64,000 nucleotides of DNA, from positions 1,635-65,634 of the forward strand of contig CAYLHJ010000002.1 of NCBI GenBank assembly GCA_964383705.1, written 5' to 3'. A model generated the notes under the pieces. It did no database searches. It worked only from the letters and a program-made list of their open reading frames with translations, and was not told the DNA's origin. Position numbers and translations under genes: made by a program. The DNA is from an uncultured Candidatus Saccharibacteria bacterium. GTDB taxonomy: Bacteria; Patescibacteriota; Minisyncoccia; Phycocordibacterales; Zambryskibacteraceae. This document shows positions 19,549-28,666 of the stretch, piece after piece (the stretch's first letter is position 1; each line of letters starts with the position of its first letter).

Positions 19549-21037
19549 ACATGAAAACCTCATAGAGCGACCACCTATCATCGTAGTCATGGGACATATT
19601 GACCATGGTAAATCAACACTCCTAGATTACATTCGCAAGAGTAACACTGTTCAAAAAGAAGCTGGAGGAATCACTCAACATATTTCTGCCTATGAAGTTA
19701 ACCACAGCGCCAAAGATGGAAAAGTTCATCGGATCACATTTCTTGATACACCAGGTCACGAAGCATTCCAAGCAATGCGAGAGCGCGGAGCCAAGGTTGC
19801 AGATATTGCAATACTTATTGTCTCCGCAGAAGATGGAGTAAAACCACAGACCATTGAGGCGCTCAATGCTATAAAAAAAGATGGTCTACCTTATGTAGTT
19901 GCGATAAGTAAGATTGATAAACCAGAAGCAAACATTGAAAAAACAAAACAAAGCCTCGCCGAAAATGATGTCTTTGTGGAAGGATTTGGTGGTGAAATAC
20001 CCTGTGTTGAGATTTCTGCAAAAAGTGGAGTTGGAATTCCAGAACTACTCGATATGCTCATTCTCGTTTCTGAATTAGAAGAACTTAAAGCAGAATCAAA
20101 TAAACCCGGAAGTGGTGTTGTAATTGAAAGCAATTTAGATACAAAAAAAGGACTAACAGCAACTGCCATAGTAACTGATGGGACCTTAGAGAGGGGCCAA
20201 TTTGCTGTTTCCGGAAAGAGCATCTCCCCTCTACGCTTGATAGAAAACTTTATGGGAGAAAATATCCAAAGCGCTTCTTTCTCAAGCCCAGTTAGAATTA
20301 TTGGGTGGGACACGCCACCTACGGTCGGTTCCAATTTCACTTGCGTAAAGACAAAAAAAGAAGCCCTCCTTCTTGTAGAAAAATTTAATGATAAAAAACC
20401 CGACCAAGCGGATGATCAATTTAAAAGCGAGGCAGAGATTATTCCTATAGTCATAAAAGCTGACACCTCAGGAAGTCTAGACGCTTTGGCTTATGAAATA
20501 AATAAACTGAACAACGACAGAGTAAATACAAAAATAGTCCTCTCTGGTATTGGGCCAATTTCAGAAAATGACATAAAGAATGCAGGAAGTAATAATAACG
20601 CTTTCGTTCTCGGATTTAACACAAAAATTGACCCGAAAGCAGAGAGCTTGGCATTGCGTCTTAATATCCCTGTTTATACTTTCGATATCATATATAAACT
20701 TACTGAATGGTTAGAGGGCGCAATTAAAGATCGCACACCATCACTAGAAGTTGAGGAAGTCTTGGGGGTAGCAAAAATTCTTAAAATCTTTAGCAAAGTA
20801 AAAGACAAACAAATCGTTGGGGGGCGTGTTGAATCAGGAGAAATAAAAATTGGTGAAAATGTTCGAATACTTAGAAGAGATGTGGAAATAAGCCGTGGCA
20901 GAATTAGAGAATTACAAAAACAAAAACAAAAAACTGGAACTGTTTCTCAAGGTGAAGAATTTGGCGCTCAAATCGAAGCAAAATTTGAAATTGCTCCGGG
21001 AGATAAGATAGAGTGTCTAACTCTAGTTAAGAAATAA
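19535..21037 (+). CDS. infB: Translation initiation factor IF-2 (short form, no N-terminal domain)
   Basis: RPPIIVVMGHIDHGKSTLLD, EAGGITQHI, DTPGHEAF. Confidence 0.96.
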   Translation: MKKTEHENLIERPPIIVVMGHIDHGKSTLLDYIRKSNTVQKEAGGITQHISAYEVNHSAKDGKVHRITFLDTPGHEAFQAMRERGAKVADIAILIVSAEDGVKPQTIEALNAIKKDGLPYVVAISKIDKPEANIEKTKQSLAENDVFVEGFGGEIPCVEISAKSGVGIPELLDMLILVSELEELKAESNKPGSGVVIESNLDTKKGLTATAIVTDGTLERGQFAVSGKSISPLRLIENFMGENIQSASFSSPVRIIGWDTPPTVGSNFTCVKTKKEALLLVEKFNDKKPDQADDQFKSEAEIIPIVIKADTSGSLDALAYEINKLNNDRVNTKIVLSGIGPISENDIKNAGSNNNAFVLGFNTKIDPKAESLALRLNIPVYTFDIIYKLTEWLEGAIKDRTPSLEVEEVLGVAKILKIFSKVKDKQIVGGRVESGEIKIGENVRILRRDVEISRGRIRELQKQKQKTGTVSQGEEFGAQIEAKFEIAPGDKIECLTLVKK

Positions 21038-21051
21038 TTCTTAAAAACTTT

Positions 21052-21453
21052 ATGGACGAAAAGAAAAGGGAAGAAAATACAGCCCAAAAAGCTAGAGATG
21101 TTGCTCAACAGGCTTCTTCCAATAAAGGAAAATCCTATAGAAAAGAAAAGTTGCCAGAATTGCTTAAACACTTGGCCGCTGAGTTTTTTCAAAGAGAGCT
21201 TGATAGCTCATCTCTCGTTACGATAACCAAGGCCGAATTATCACAAAATAAAAAAAGGGTAACAATATTTTTTACCGTGCTACCAGAAGAAAAAGAATTG
21301 ACGATCCTCACTTTTTTTGAAAAAAAAAGAGGGGCTCTTGCCCAATATGTGGATGATCACGCTCGTATCGGACGTATGCCAGAAATAAAATTCTCAGTTG
21401 ATACTGGCGAAAAAAATAGGCAACGAATTGATTTTTTGACCCAAAACGATTAA
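21052..21453 (+). CDS. rbfA: Ribosome-binding factor A
   Basis: Follows infB; VTITKAELS, RMPEIKFSVD. Confidence 0.8.
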   Translation: MDEKKREENTAQKARDVAQQASSNKGKSYRKEKLPELLKHLAAEFFQRELDSSSLVTITKAELSQNKKRVTIFFTVLPEEKELTILTFFEKKRGALAQYVDDHARIGRMPEIKFSVDTGEKNRQRIDFLTQND

Positions 21454-21506
21454 AATTCCTTAGCAGGCTAAGAAATAATTCTTATCCTTGTTAATACCGA
21501 GGTTGT

Positions 21507-21578
21507 GGCCACGTAGACAAGTGGTAAGTCGAGAGTCTGCAAAACTCTTATGCGCGAGTTCGATTCTCGCCGTGGCCT
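21507..21578 (+). tRNA. tRNA-Cys(GCA)
   Basis: GGCCACG/CGTGGCC acceptor, U73, CT GCA AA loop. Confidence 0.93.
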
Positions 21579-21592
21579 CCGGGAATATATAT

Positions 21593-21674
21593 GCCCGAGT
21601 GGCGGAACTGGTATACGCGCGCGACTTAAAATCGCGTCCCGTAAGGGATGTGGGTTCGATTCCCACCTCGGGCA
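21593..21674 (+). tRNA. tRNA-Leu(TAA)
   Basis: CGCGA-CT TAA AA-TCGCG anticodon arm, long variable arm. Confidence 0.93.
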
Positions 21675-21739
21675 CAGAGATCAAATTATCATAGCTGAAT
21701 TTGGTGGGCATAGAGTTAAATAGTAAAGTAATATAATAT

Positions 21740-21812
21740 GCGCCCATAGCTCAGTTGGTAGAGCTGCTCCCTCTTAAGGAGAAGGTCGCAGGTTCGAATC
21801 CTGCTGGGCGCA
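21740..21812 (+). tRNA. tRNA-Lys(CTT)
   Basis: GCGCCCA/TGGGCGC acceptor, CT CTT AA loop. Confidence 0.92.
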
Positions 21813-21827
21813 CAGTGCGAAATATAT

Positions 21828-21910
21828 GGGCACGTGGCGGAATTGGTATACGCGCTAGTCTTAGGAACTAGTTCCTTAACGGATTGGGAGTTCGAGTCTC
21901 CCCGTGCCCA
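21828..21910 (+). tRNA. tRNA-Leu(TAG)
   Basis: CTAGT-CT TAG GA-ACTAG anticodon arm, long variable arm. Confidence 0.93.
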
Positions 21911-21930
21911 CAAAAAAGCGAAAAGGTTTA

Positions 21931-21958
21931 TTGACTTTTTAATTATCTGTGATAAAAT
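21931..21958 (+). promoter_or_regulatory. sigma70-type promoter
   Basis: TTGACT-16 nt-TAAAAT with extended -10 TG. Confidence 0.6.
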
Positions 21959-22006
21959 GTTGTCGGAAAAGTTCTCTCGAATTCAAGATTCTCATTGGAG
22001 GTTCAA

Positions 22007-23005
22007 ATGATGCTCATGATTATAGGCTTTTGGGAGAAAGCGTTCCTTCTCATGGTCGGAACAATCTCCCTCGGCACAGTAGTGGCAATCATTGCATGGT
22101 TTGGCTTCGATAGGCTTGTCCTAAAGATAGCAGACTATGACAAGTGGTGGTCCATCTTTCGGAGACTCCCACTTGAAGGCACTGTAGCATATATTCTGAA
22201 GGGCGGACCTGGCGGTCCAGTCCGCAAAGTCATCCACTCTGTACCGGGCTGGAGTATCAATGAAGATGGGATTTTTATTCCCATCCCAGAACCGGAGGGC
22301 GGATATCTCCGCAGAGAGCTCGGAGTGGTGCTAGTCTGGCCAAATAGCAAGTTCCATACCAGGACCCGACACTATGAGGTACTGGAGCAAGTGCAGGGCC
22401 AGCATGGCGCGGTGATGGTCCCAAAAACGCGCGAGGGTTCTGAATTCTTTTTTCAAACGGTGATCAGCATTGAAATCGTTGCTGCGGAAGATAAGGGTAA
22501 CTTCCCAATCAACGCTAAGGCAACTTTTACAATGCGGATTATCCAACCAATCACAGCAGAATTCACTTCTGGTAAGCCCGAAGTCCAAGCAATGTCTGCC
22601 GCTCGAGTCATGGCAAGAGAATACATCGGCTCGCATCACTTCGATGAGCTTCGAGGTAAAGTCCACCCTGTTCCAGACAATAGCTTGATTGAATTGTTTG
22701 GAATAGAAATCATTGCCATGCGACTCGAAGAATTCAATCCGGTAGATCCGGATAGTGACTATGCCAAGGCAAATCGATTGAAGGAAATCAATCGACTCAA
22801 TGCCGACGCAGCAGGAGAAAAAGCTCGGGAGATAGAGGTGCTAAGCAAGGCTGAAGAAGCAAGAGTCCTCCGGGTTTATGGAGCTAAGGCGGGAGTCAGG
22901 GATGGTGGTTTAATCGCCATGGCCGAGGCCATCGAGTCTTCTAAACCTTCGACCTTGGTAGTTGGGAATTTCCCAACATCAATTCCCCTTCCACCGATTA
23001 AGTAG
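22007..23005 (+). CDS. Membrane protein, divergent SPFH/band-7-like
   Basis: GGAGG-ATG; N-terminal TM, beta-rich middle (AEDKGNFPINAKATF, REYIGSHHFDEL, FGIEII), Ala/Glu-rich coiled C-terminus. Confidence 0.55.
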   Translation: MMLMIIGFWEKAFLLMVGTISLGTVVAIIAWFGFDRLVLKIADYDKWWSIFRRLPLEGTVAYILKGGPGGPVRKVIHSVPGWSINEDGIFIPIPEPEGGYLRRELGVVLVWPNSKFHTRTRHYEVLEQVQGQHGAVMVPKTREGSEFFFQTVISIEIVAAEDKGNFPINAKATFTMRIIQPITAEFTSGKPEVQAMSAARVMAREYIGSHHFDELRGKVHPVPDNSLIELFGIEIIAMRLEEFNPVDPDSDYAKANRLKEINRLNADAAGEKAREIEVLSKAEEARVLRVYGAKAGVRDGGLIAMAEAIESSKPSTLVVGNFPTSIPLPPIK

Positions 23006-23028
23006 CTCTGCCCGCACCAAAACAGTAT

Positions 23029-23061
23029 GAGCCCAGCAACGAATTAGTTGCTGGGCTTTTC
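23029..23061 (+). terminator. Intrinsic terminator
   Basis: AGCCCAGCAAC-GAATTA-GTTGCTGGGCT-TTT. Confidence 0.85.
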
Positions 23062-23064
23062 CAT

Positions 23065-23094
23065 TTGACAGATTGTATTATTTTATGATATAGT
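23065..23094 (+). promoter_or_regulatory. sigma70-type promoter
   Basis: TTGACA-18 nt-TATAGT with extended -10 TG. Confidence 0.6.
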
Positions 23095-23139
23095 TCGGGA
23101 AGATCAGTTCTGTTAAATTTCCTTTTCTTGGAGGCGCCC

Positions 23140-24378
23140 ATGTGGGCAACAATTCGACGATACCCGAAGCGGCTGGTTTTCTTTATCGCTATCTCAATAG
23201 TTCCAATCTTCTTCTTGCTTTTCTACACCCTCTCCCACTACTCAAAGAACGAGAGTGATGTGGTGCTGGAGAGACAAGATTCAGTAAACGTAGTTACGGC
23301 CCCAACCACAGAAAGAGAGCATGAGGGGAGCGCGTCTGGATTCTTTATCCCGCTGATCCTCATTGGCGTCGCAGGCTCTATATGGAGAATGGTAAAGGGG
23401 CGTTGGCCTCATATCCTGACAATGGCGATTTTGGCTAGCGGGATTCTTTTCAACTGGCTTTGGTGGTCAATCCATCCGGCAAGTTGGCAGGAATGGCGTA
23501 ACTCGTCTAGCTTCTGGCCACTGATTTTCTCCATGTTTATCGTCGCCTTTCTCAGTGGAGAAAGTAACCCCGTTGCGAAATTCGCCCGCGGCGCTCTTCT
23601 TGGGCTCGTGATTGTGAGCATCGCCATTGGGGTAACGAGCTATGCGAGAAAAAGTTGGTGTTGGGCAGCTTCAGATGAGGCGAAAGCCCAACTCTGCGCA
23701 ACTACTTATAGTTCAACATCGACCGTCTCGCTTCCTGCGAAGTTTGACGGCCATGCTCGGGATTACTTCAATGGACCCGAAAGAGACTCCGTCCTCGCCT
23801 ACTTCCACGACATCCCCGTACTTGCAGATATTGCTGGAGCCGAATCCGGTTTCAGGCAATACAACAATGGTTCTCCTGACAGGTCCTGTAGCACTGTCTT
23901 GAGAAACAAGAACACGAATGGTACGGAAGACATGGGGGTAATGCAGATCAACGAGGTTCACTGGGGAAAAGCCAAAGAACTCGGGCATGATCTCTGCTTG
24001 CTCAAGGGAAATATGGCTTTCGCCAGACACCTTTATGAGCAAGATGGCACCCAGCCTTGGGAAGCGTCGAGTCCTGTTTGGCGAGATCACTATGTGTCGG
24101 TTCCAAGATCCACCTCATCCACCCAAATAGCGGTAGGGGGCGGAAATACCGTAACTGTTATTGCTCCAAGTGATAGCAGTTGGAGCACCCCCATCGACAC
24201 AAAGGGTCGCAGGACAAGATGTGAAGGAATTCAACACAAGAAATACCGCGCCCTGATTGATAGGAAAAGAGAATTCCAAATCGAACCTGGCGCCTTTAAG
24301 AATGTTGGCCAGTTCCGCTTAATCCAATTCCGTTCAGACAGCTCAGAAGCAACTGAGGTTTCCTGCACGGTCGGATAG
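23140..24378 (+). CDS. Multi-pass membrane protein with a lysozyme-like/lytic transglycosylase (SLT-type) domain
   Basis: About 5 TM segments, then IAGAESGF, NTNGTEDMGVMQIN..HW, GNMAFARHLY..G..PW. Confidence 0.75.
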   Translation: MWATIRRYPKRLVFFIAISIVPIFFLLFYTLSHYSKNESDVVLERQDSVNVVTAPTTEREHEGSASGFFIPLILIGVAGSIWRMVKGRWPHILTMAILASGILFNWLWWSIHPASWQEWRNSSSFWPLIFSMFIVAFLSGESNPVAKFARGALLGLVIVSIAIGVTSYARKSWCWAASDEAKAQLCATTYSSTSTVSLPAKFDGHARDYFNGPERDSVLAYFHDIPVLADIAGAESGFRQYNNGSPDRSCSTVLRNKNTNGTEDMGVMQINEVHWGKAKELGHDLCLLKGNMAFARHLYEQDGTQPWEASSPVWRDHYVSVPRSTSSTQIAVGGGNTVTVIAPSDSSWSTPIDTKGRRTRCEGIQHKKYRALIDRKREFQIEPGAFKNVGQFRLIQFRSDSSEATEVSCTVG

Positions 24379-24398
24379 CGGAAGATCGATAGCACCCC

Positions 24399-24432
24399 GG
24401 GCGCAGACAAGCAATATGTCTGCGCCCTTTTT
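24399..24432 (+). terminator. Intrinsic terminator
   Basis: GGGCGCAGACA-AGCAATA-TGTCTGCGCCC-TTTTT. Confidence 0.85.
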
Positions 24433-24439
24433 CATAAAC

Positions 24440-24472
24440 AAAATAGCGCGAGAATATTTCTCGCGCTATTTT
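24440..24472 (-). terminator. Terminator of the pilin array
   Basis: AAAATAGCGCGAGAA-TAT-TTCTCGCGCTATTTT inverted repeat. Confidence 0.75.
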
Positions 24473-24486
24473 GAATCCCTCAATTA

Positions 24487-24756
24487 TTAATTAAGTGGAT
24501 ATATATTTGTGGAAAAACCGAACGAATTGAGCACGAAACGAATAATACCAAAAACTGAAACCATAATGAGCATGCCAACAAGACCCCAAACAATAGATTT
24601 CTTACCCTCTTCCCTTGCTTTATCCTCGCCGGAATTCATAACAAACTTAAAAATACCGTAGAGAAATACAACAAGTGCCACGCTAAACAAAAGTATAATT
24701 ATCGGATTAAGGATAAACTCATTAACCTTGTTGATAAGCGCAACAATTGGAGACAT
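24487..24756 (-). CDS. TrbC/VirB2-like pilin 6
   Basis: Two TM helices joined by F.YG.FKF.MNSGEDKAREEGKKSIVWGLVG. Confidence 0.75.
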   Translation of the reverse strand: MSPIVALINKVNEFILNPIIILLFSVALVVFLYGIFKFVMNSGEDKAREEGKKSIVWGLVGMLIMVSVFGIIRFVLNSFGFSTNIYPLN

Positions 24757-24780
24757 GTAAATCTAATCTAACTTGATTAA

Positions 24781-25080
24781 CTAGAAACCAGGAACGTATG
24801 GAGTTTCGGAAATCTGAGATTGTCGGATGCCGAAGATATTCCCGAGGAAAGTAGTAAGACCCCAAACAGTTACCATGACGAAAAGGGCTACAACCCCCCA
24901 AATCATAATTCGTCTTCCACGTTCCTTGGCCTCCTCATTTCCGGCAGCAAGAATGAATGTTGCCAATCCCCAGAAAAAGAATAGCAATGCGAGACCAGCA
25001 ACTATAGGTGTTGCTGTTTCAACGATATTGCCAATTTGTGTTATGAGCGTATTGAAATATGTAAAACCCGGAGTATTCAT
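24781..25080 (-). CDS. TrbC/VirB2-like pilin 5
   Basis: FFWGLATFILAAGNEEAKERGRRIMIWGVVALFVM. Confidence 0.75.
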   Translation of the reverse strand: MNTPGFTYFNTLITQIGNIVETATPIVAGLALLFFFWGLATFILAAGNEEAKERGRRIMIWGVVALFVMVTVWGLTTFLGNIFGIRQSQISETPYVPGF

Positions 25081-25209
25081 CGTATTAAGTTTAATTTAAC
25101 TTATTAATAATCCTTATAATCAATTGAGTACATTAATGATAATAACTCAAAAAACCTCTAAAAACAACGGACTGGGGACAATTTTTCTCCCCCACCCCCA
25201 CACAAAACC

Positions 25210-25536
25210 CTAATTAACAGGAAGACTATATATAGGAGAACCGCCCAGAAAAACATTTTGAAGAAGTTCAACAATTCCCCAAATAGAAATCATTACAAAA
25301 AGGGCTACAACCCCCCATATTAAAAGCCTTCTGCCGTCCTTAACCGCCTCCTCACTTCCCGCCGCCAATATAAATTTGGCTATACCCCAAAAAAATAGAA
25401 GAAGAGCAACACCAATCGTGAGAGGTATAAGACCTTTCAGAATTGAAGCAATGGTTCCAATAATATTCTGGATACTTGCCGTAGCGGCAAAAGAAAATAT
25501 TGGGAAAATAAATAAAATCAAAATTTTCTTTTTCAT
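25210..25536 (-). CDS. TrbC/VirB2-like pilin 4
   Basis: Signal peptide; FFWGIAKFILAAGSEEAVKDGRRLLIWGVVALFVM. Confidence 0.75.
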   Translation of the reverse strand: MKKKILILFIFPIFSFAATASIQNIIGTIASILKGLIPLTIGVALLLFFWGIAKFILAAGSEEAVKDGRRLLIWGVVALFVMISIWGIVELLQNVFLGGSPIYSLPVN

Positions 25537-25961
25537 GGATTTGTATCAGGTAGTTGGGGTAGCCCTATCGGACCAGAACCAAAAATACTGTTTGAAAGAA
25601 CTTGGACTATACCCCAGATAGAAACTGCAACAAAAATCCCAACTGCTCCCCAGAGCATAAGATTTTTTCCTTCCTTTTGAGCATCTTCACTTCCCCCCGC
25701 TTGAATAAACTTCACTAGACCCCAAAAGAAAACAACTACTGTTGCACCAACTAATACTGGAAATAAAGAACTCGTTATATTTGTAACAATACAAATAAAA
25801 TCACCGAAATTTTGTGGAGGACCAGACGGGGCGCCAGAAAAAACTCCAGCTGGATTTGAAACGCATGCAGCATAAATCGTATTTGGCGAAAAAATCAAAC
25901 CAACCATAAAAATAATTACAAGAAAATGAAACAAAATATTTTTTAAAAAATAGATCCTCAT
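25533..25961 (-). CDS. TrbC/VirB2-like pilin 3
   Basis: Signal peptide; FFWGLVKFIQAGGSEDAQKEGKNLMLWGAVG. Confidence 0.75.
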   Translation of the reverse strand: MRIYFLKNILFHFLVIIFMVGLIFSPNTIYAACVSNPAGVFSGAPSGPPQNFGDFICIVTNITSSLFPVLVGATVVVFFWGLVKFIQAGGSEDAQKEGKNLMLWGAVGIFVAVSIWGIVQVLSNSIFGSGPIGLPQLPDTNP

Positions 25962-26365
25962 GTTAGCTGGTCAATAGTGGCCTTTATCGCAGCAGAAATC
26001 GCCCAAGCACCCAAAAGCACCGCTGTACCTATGGCCGCGTACAGAAAAGCTCTCTTTGCTGTTTCAAGCTTAGTCTCATTTCCTTGCGCCGTTACAAAAA
26101 GAAAACCGGCGTAAATAATATATATTACGGCAATAACGCCGCCTAAAGGCAAGATGACAGTATTAATTATCAAATCAATGAATTCATACAGACTATCAGC
26201 ACCAGAAGCTAAAGGATTTGGTATTGATATGCTATATGACGGGTCATTTCCACCAATATCACCATCATCATTACCACCAATATCATGATTGCTAGCAAAA
26301 ACAGTGAAAGAGAGAGAAAGGAAGGTTATAAAAGATAGGACAGCTATATAACGAAATCGTTTCAT
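25958..26365 (-). CDS. TrbC/VirB2-like pilin 2
   Basis: Signal peptide; IPNPL, IYAGFLFVTAQGNETKLETAKRAFLYAAIG. Confidence 0.78.
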   Translation of the reverse strand: MKRFRYIAVLSFITFLSLSFTVFASNHDIGGNDDGDIGGNDPSYSISIPNPLASGADSLYEFIDLIINTVILPLGGVIAVIYIIYAGFLFVTAQGNETKLETAKRAFLYAAIGTAVLLGAWAISAAIKATIDQLT

Positions 26366-26387
26366 ATTTGTAATATTATATCATTCA

Positions 26388-26795
26388 TTAAAAACCAATA
26401 AGAGTGAAACCTTGACCGGGCAATAATAAGGCTCTCACAATTGTATTTACGATCAGCCAAGCTGATAGAACAACAACAAAGCCAATTCCGGCTTTTGTAA
26501 AAATAGATTTAGCCTTTTTTGCCTGCCCCTCATCCCCCGCTGAAGTAAGATAAAGGAAACCAGCCCAAACAAAAGAAATTGCAACCAATGCGGTAGACAT
26601 GATAATAAGAAAATTTATTATCCTTACACCAAGTTCTACCAAGTCATTAAAATCACAATCATTGGGATCAACAGCCGGATCACAAAAAATTAGATAGCCG
26701 GGTTCTTGTGGTGAATCGGCCGAAAAAACTGGTAACGCAATAAAAAAGATTGAGGTGATAACTACAAATAAAATCTTATTTGAATGACTTAACAT
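26388..26795 (-). CDS. TrbC/VirB2-like pilin 1
   Basis: Signal peptide; Cys pair; WAGFLYLTSAGDEGQAKKAKSIF..AGIG..VVLSAWLIV. Confidence 0.78.
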   Translation of the reverse strand: MLSHSNKILFVVITSIFFIALPVFSADSPQEPGYLIFCDPAVDPNDCDFNDLVELGVRIINFLIIMSTALVAISFVWAGFLYLTSAGDEGQAKKAKSIFTKAGIGFVVVLSAWLIVNTIVRALLLPGQGFTLIGF

Positions 26796-26797
26796 AA

Positions 26798-28087
26798 TTA
26801 TTTGAAATTATTAACCATCACTTGCAATTTTTGTTCTGTTTGGCTCAATGCTTCTTCGGTTCTTAATCTCCCCGAAGTTATTGACTCAACCATTTCTTTA
26901 AAAAGAATATTTGTCTCATTTATATCTGGATCAAGCCAACCACGAGACCATAATGCGCTCTCAAAGAAAAGAGTGAGAAAAGGATCTGTGGTCCCTCTGG
27001 ATATCACGTCCTTACGTATTGGTGGCAAACCAGTCAACTTTATTAATTCCGATATGGCCTCGGGCGAAGAAAGTCCGGCTATAACTCTAAGTGCACCAGC
27101 GATATTTTTGGAGGTCTTAGTGATTGCAAGTCCTTGCAAATCTCCATATGTGATTTTAGCACTACCAGTACGAGATTGAGGAATAGCAGAAACATCAAAA
27201 TTTAAATTAGGATTTTTAAGTTTCAAAGTATTTAGCTCGGAAGCGAAACCAAAATAAACCGCAAGATCTCCAGAAAGAAAAGCTGTTTGTGAATCTGGGA
27301 GAGACCTATTCCAAGAATAATGCGTCTTCGAAGGGTTAGAAAATTCTGTATAGAAATTTAATGCTGATAATGCTGGTGGAATTGCATAACCAAAATTATC
27401 TAAAATAGAAGCGCGATACCCAGTATCAGTTTTTGATATTATTGGGCTCCCTGCTTGAAAAATGAGCGTTGATATAATCTCTTTTGCATTATTTATATTT
27501 TGAAATTCACCAAAAGCGAGCGCTGACCGAGTTAGATTAAGAGCATTGTCTTTCTCTGTGAATTTCTTAGAAAATGCATAAAATTCATCCCAATACTTTG
27601 GTGGCGTAGCAGAGCCTAGAGAGAAAAGAATGTCCCGATTCCAATACATCACCAATGGATCAATTAGAATCGGAAAAGCAAATATTCCTTCCTTGTTCAA
27701 AAATAGTTCGCCTTCTTGGATAAATGTATCCCTAAACGTACGCTCAGAATAACTTTCAAAAGGCACTATAAATAATTTATTTTTTTGTTTCAGTAAATTA
27801 TCTTCTCCGATAAAGACAACATCTGGCCCAACTCCTGCGGCAATAGCCTCCACAAAATCCCTATCAAAATCACTTTTTGCCTTATATACATAGCGTATAG
27901 TAGTATTCTTATCTTTTGAAAGAGGCAATCGAGAATACATTGAAGAAAAATCTGTCTCTGATATTGTTCCCCAAACCAAAATATTTGCTCGCTCGCTTTG
28001 ATTTGGTCTTGCAAAAGCGAAAAGTAAGACGCCAATAATAATAAAAACTCCAAAAATGCCTGTCAGTATAATTTGAAATTTAGACAT
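26798..28087 (-). CDS. Membrane-anchored extracellular solute-binding protein (carbohydrate SBP family 1-like)
   Basis: N-terminal TM; AAGVGPDV, DPLVMYWNRD, PPKYWDEF, AFLSGDLAVY. Confidence 0.8.
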   Translation of the reverse strand: MSKFQIILTGIFGVFIIIGVLLFAFARPNQSERANILVWGTISETDFSSMYSRLPLSKDKNTTIRYVYKAKSDFDRDFVEAIAAGVGPDVVFIGEDNLLKQKNKLFIVPFESYSERTFRDTFIQEGELFLNKEGIFAFPILIDPLVMYWNRDILFSLGSATPPKYWDEFYAFSKKFTEKDNALNLTRSALAFGEFQNINNAKEIISTLIFQAGSPIISKTDTGYRASILDNFGYAIPPALSALNFYTEFSNPSKTHYSWNRSLPDSQTAFLSGDLAVYFGFASELNTLKLKNPNLNFDVSAIPQSRTGSAKITYGDLQGLAITKTSKNIAGALRVIAGLSSPEAISELIKLTGLPPIRKDVISRGTTDPFLTLFFESALWSRGWLDPDINETNILFKEMVESITSGRLRTEEALSQTEQKLQVMVNNFK

Positions 28088-28088
28088 A

Positions 28089-28616
28089 TCAATTCTTCTT
28101 GAAGATTATACCAAAATGGTGTTTTCCTGCTTGTATTTCCCTTTCAAAAACAAAACCCTTCTTCTCAAAAAGCTCCATCACTTTTTCCTTTCCAAATAAA
28201 GCTTTACTTTCTGGTCCAATACCACCAAAAGAATCTGACCAATCAATAACAAGAACACTGCCACCACTTTTTAAGACTCTATATGCCTCACTCGCAATAA
28301 TTGCTTTGTTACTGACCTGAAACAGAAGATTGGAAATGACCACGCCATCGACACCGGCATCCTTAAGTTTTGTTCCTCTTTCTTGTTCAAGATCTCCCCA
28401 GATAACCTCAATATTTGAAAGACCTCTTTTGAGACCATCTGCTTTTAATCTTGCCAATAAGTCTTTTTGTATATCAACGGCATAAACCTTCCCTTTTTCA
28501 CCAACAGCCATTGCAAGCGCAAATGCATAATGACCAGAACCAGAACCAAAATCGGCAATTATTGCACCAAGAGGAAATCTAGCCTGTTCAATATTTTTTT
28601 CTGGGTCTGAAAACAT
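28089..28616 (-). CDS. Class I SAM-dependent methyltransferase
   Basis: Start MFSDPEKN; IADFGSGSGH, VYAVDIQ, RVLKSGG. Confidence 0.85.
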   Translation of the reverse strand: MFSDPEKNIEQARFPLGAIIADFGSGSGHYAFALAMAVGEKGKVYAVDIQKDLLARLKADGLKRGLSNIEVIWGDLEQERGTKLKDAGVDGVVISNLLFQVSNKAIIASEAYRVLKSGGSVLVIDWSDSFGGIGPESKALFGKEKVMELFEKKGFVFEREIQAGKHHFGIIFKKN

Positions 28617-28666
28617 ACTTTCTGTGTATATATTATACACAAAAAGATTAATCCATATGGTAATTA

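Noticed and set aside
21460-21913. ORFs of 95, 68 and 65 aa
   Set aside because: They are shadow ORFs of the four-tRNA cluster.
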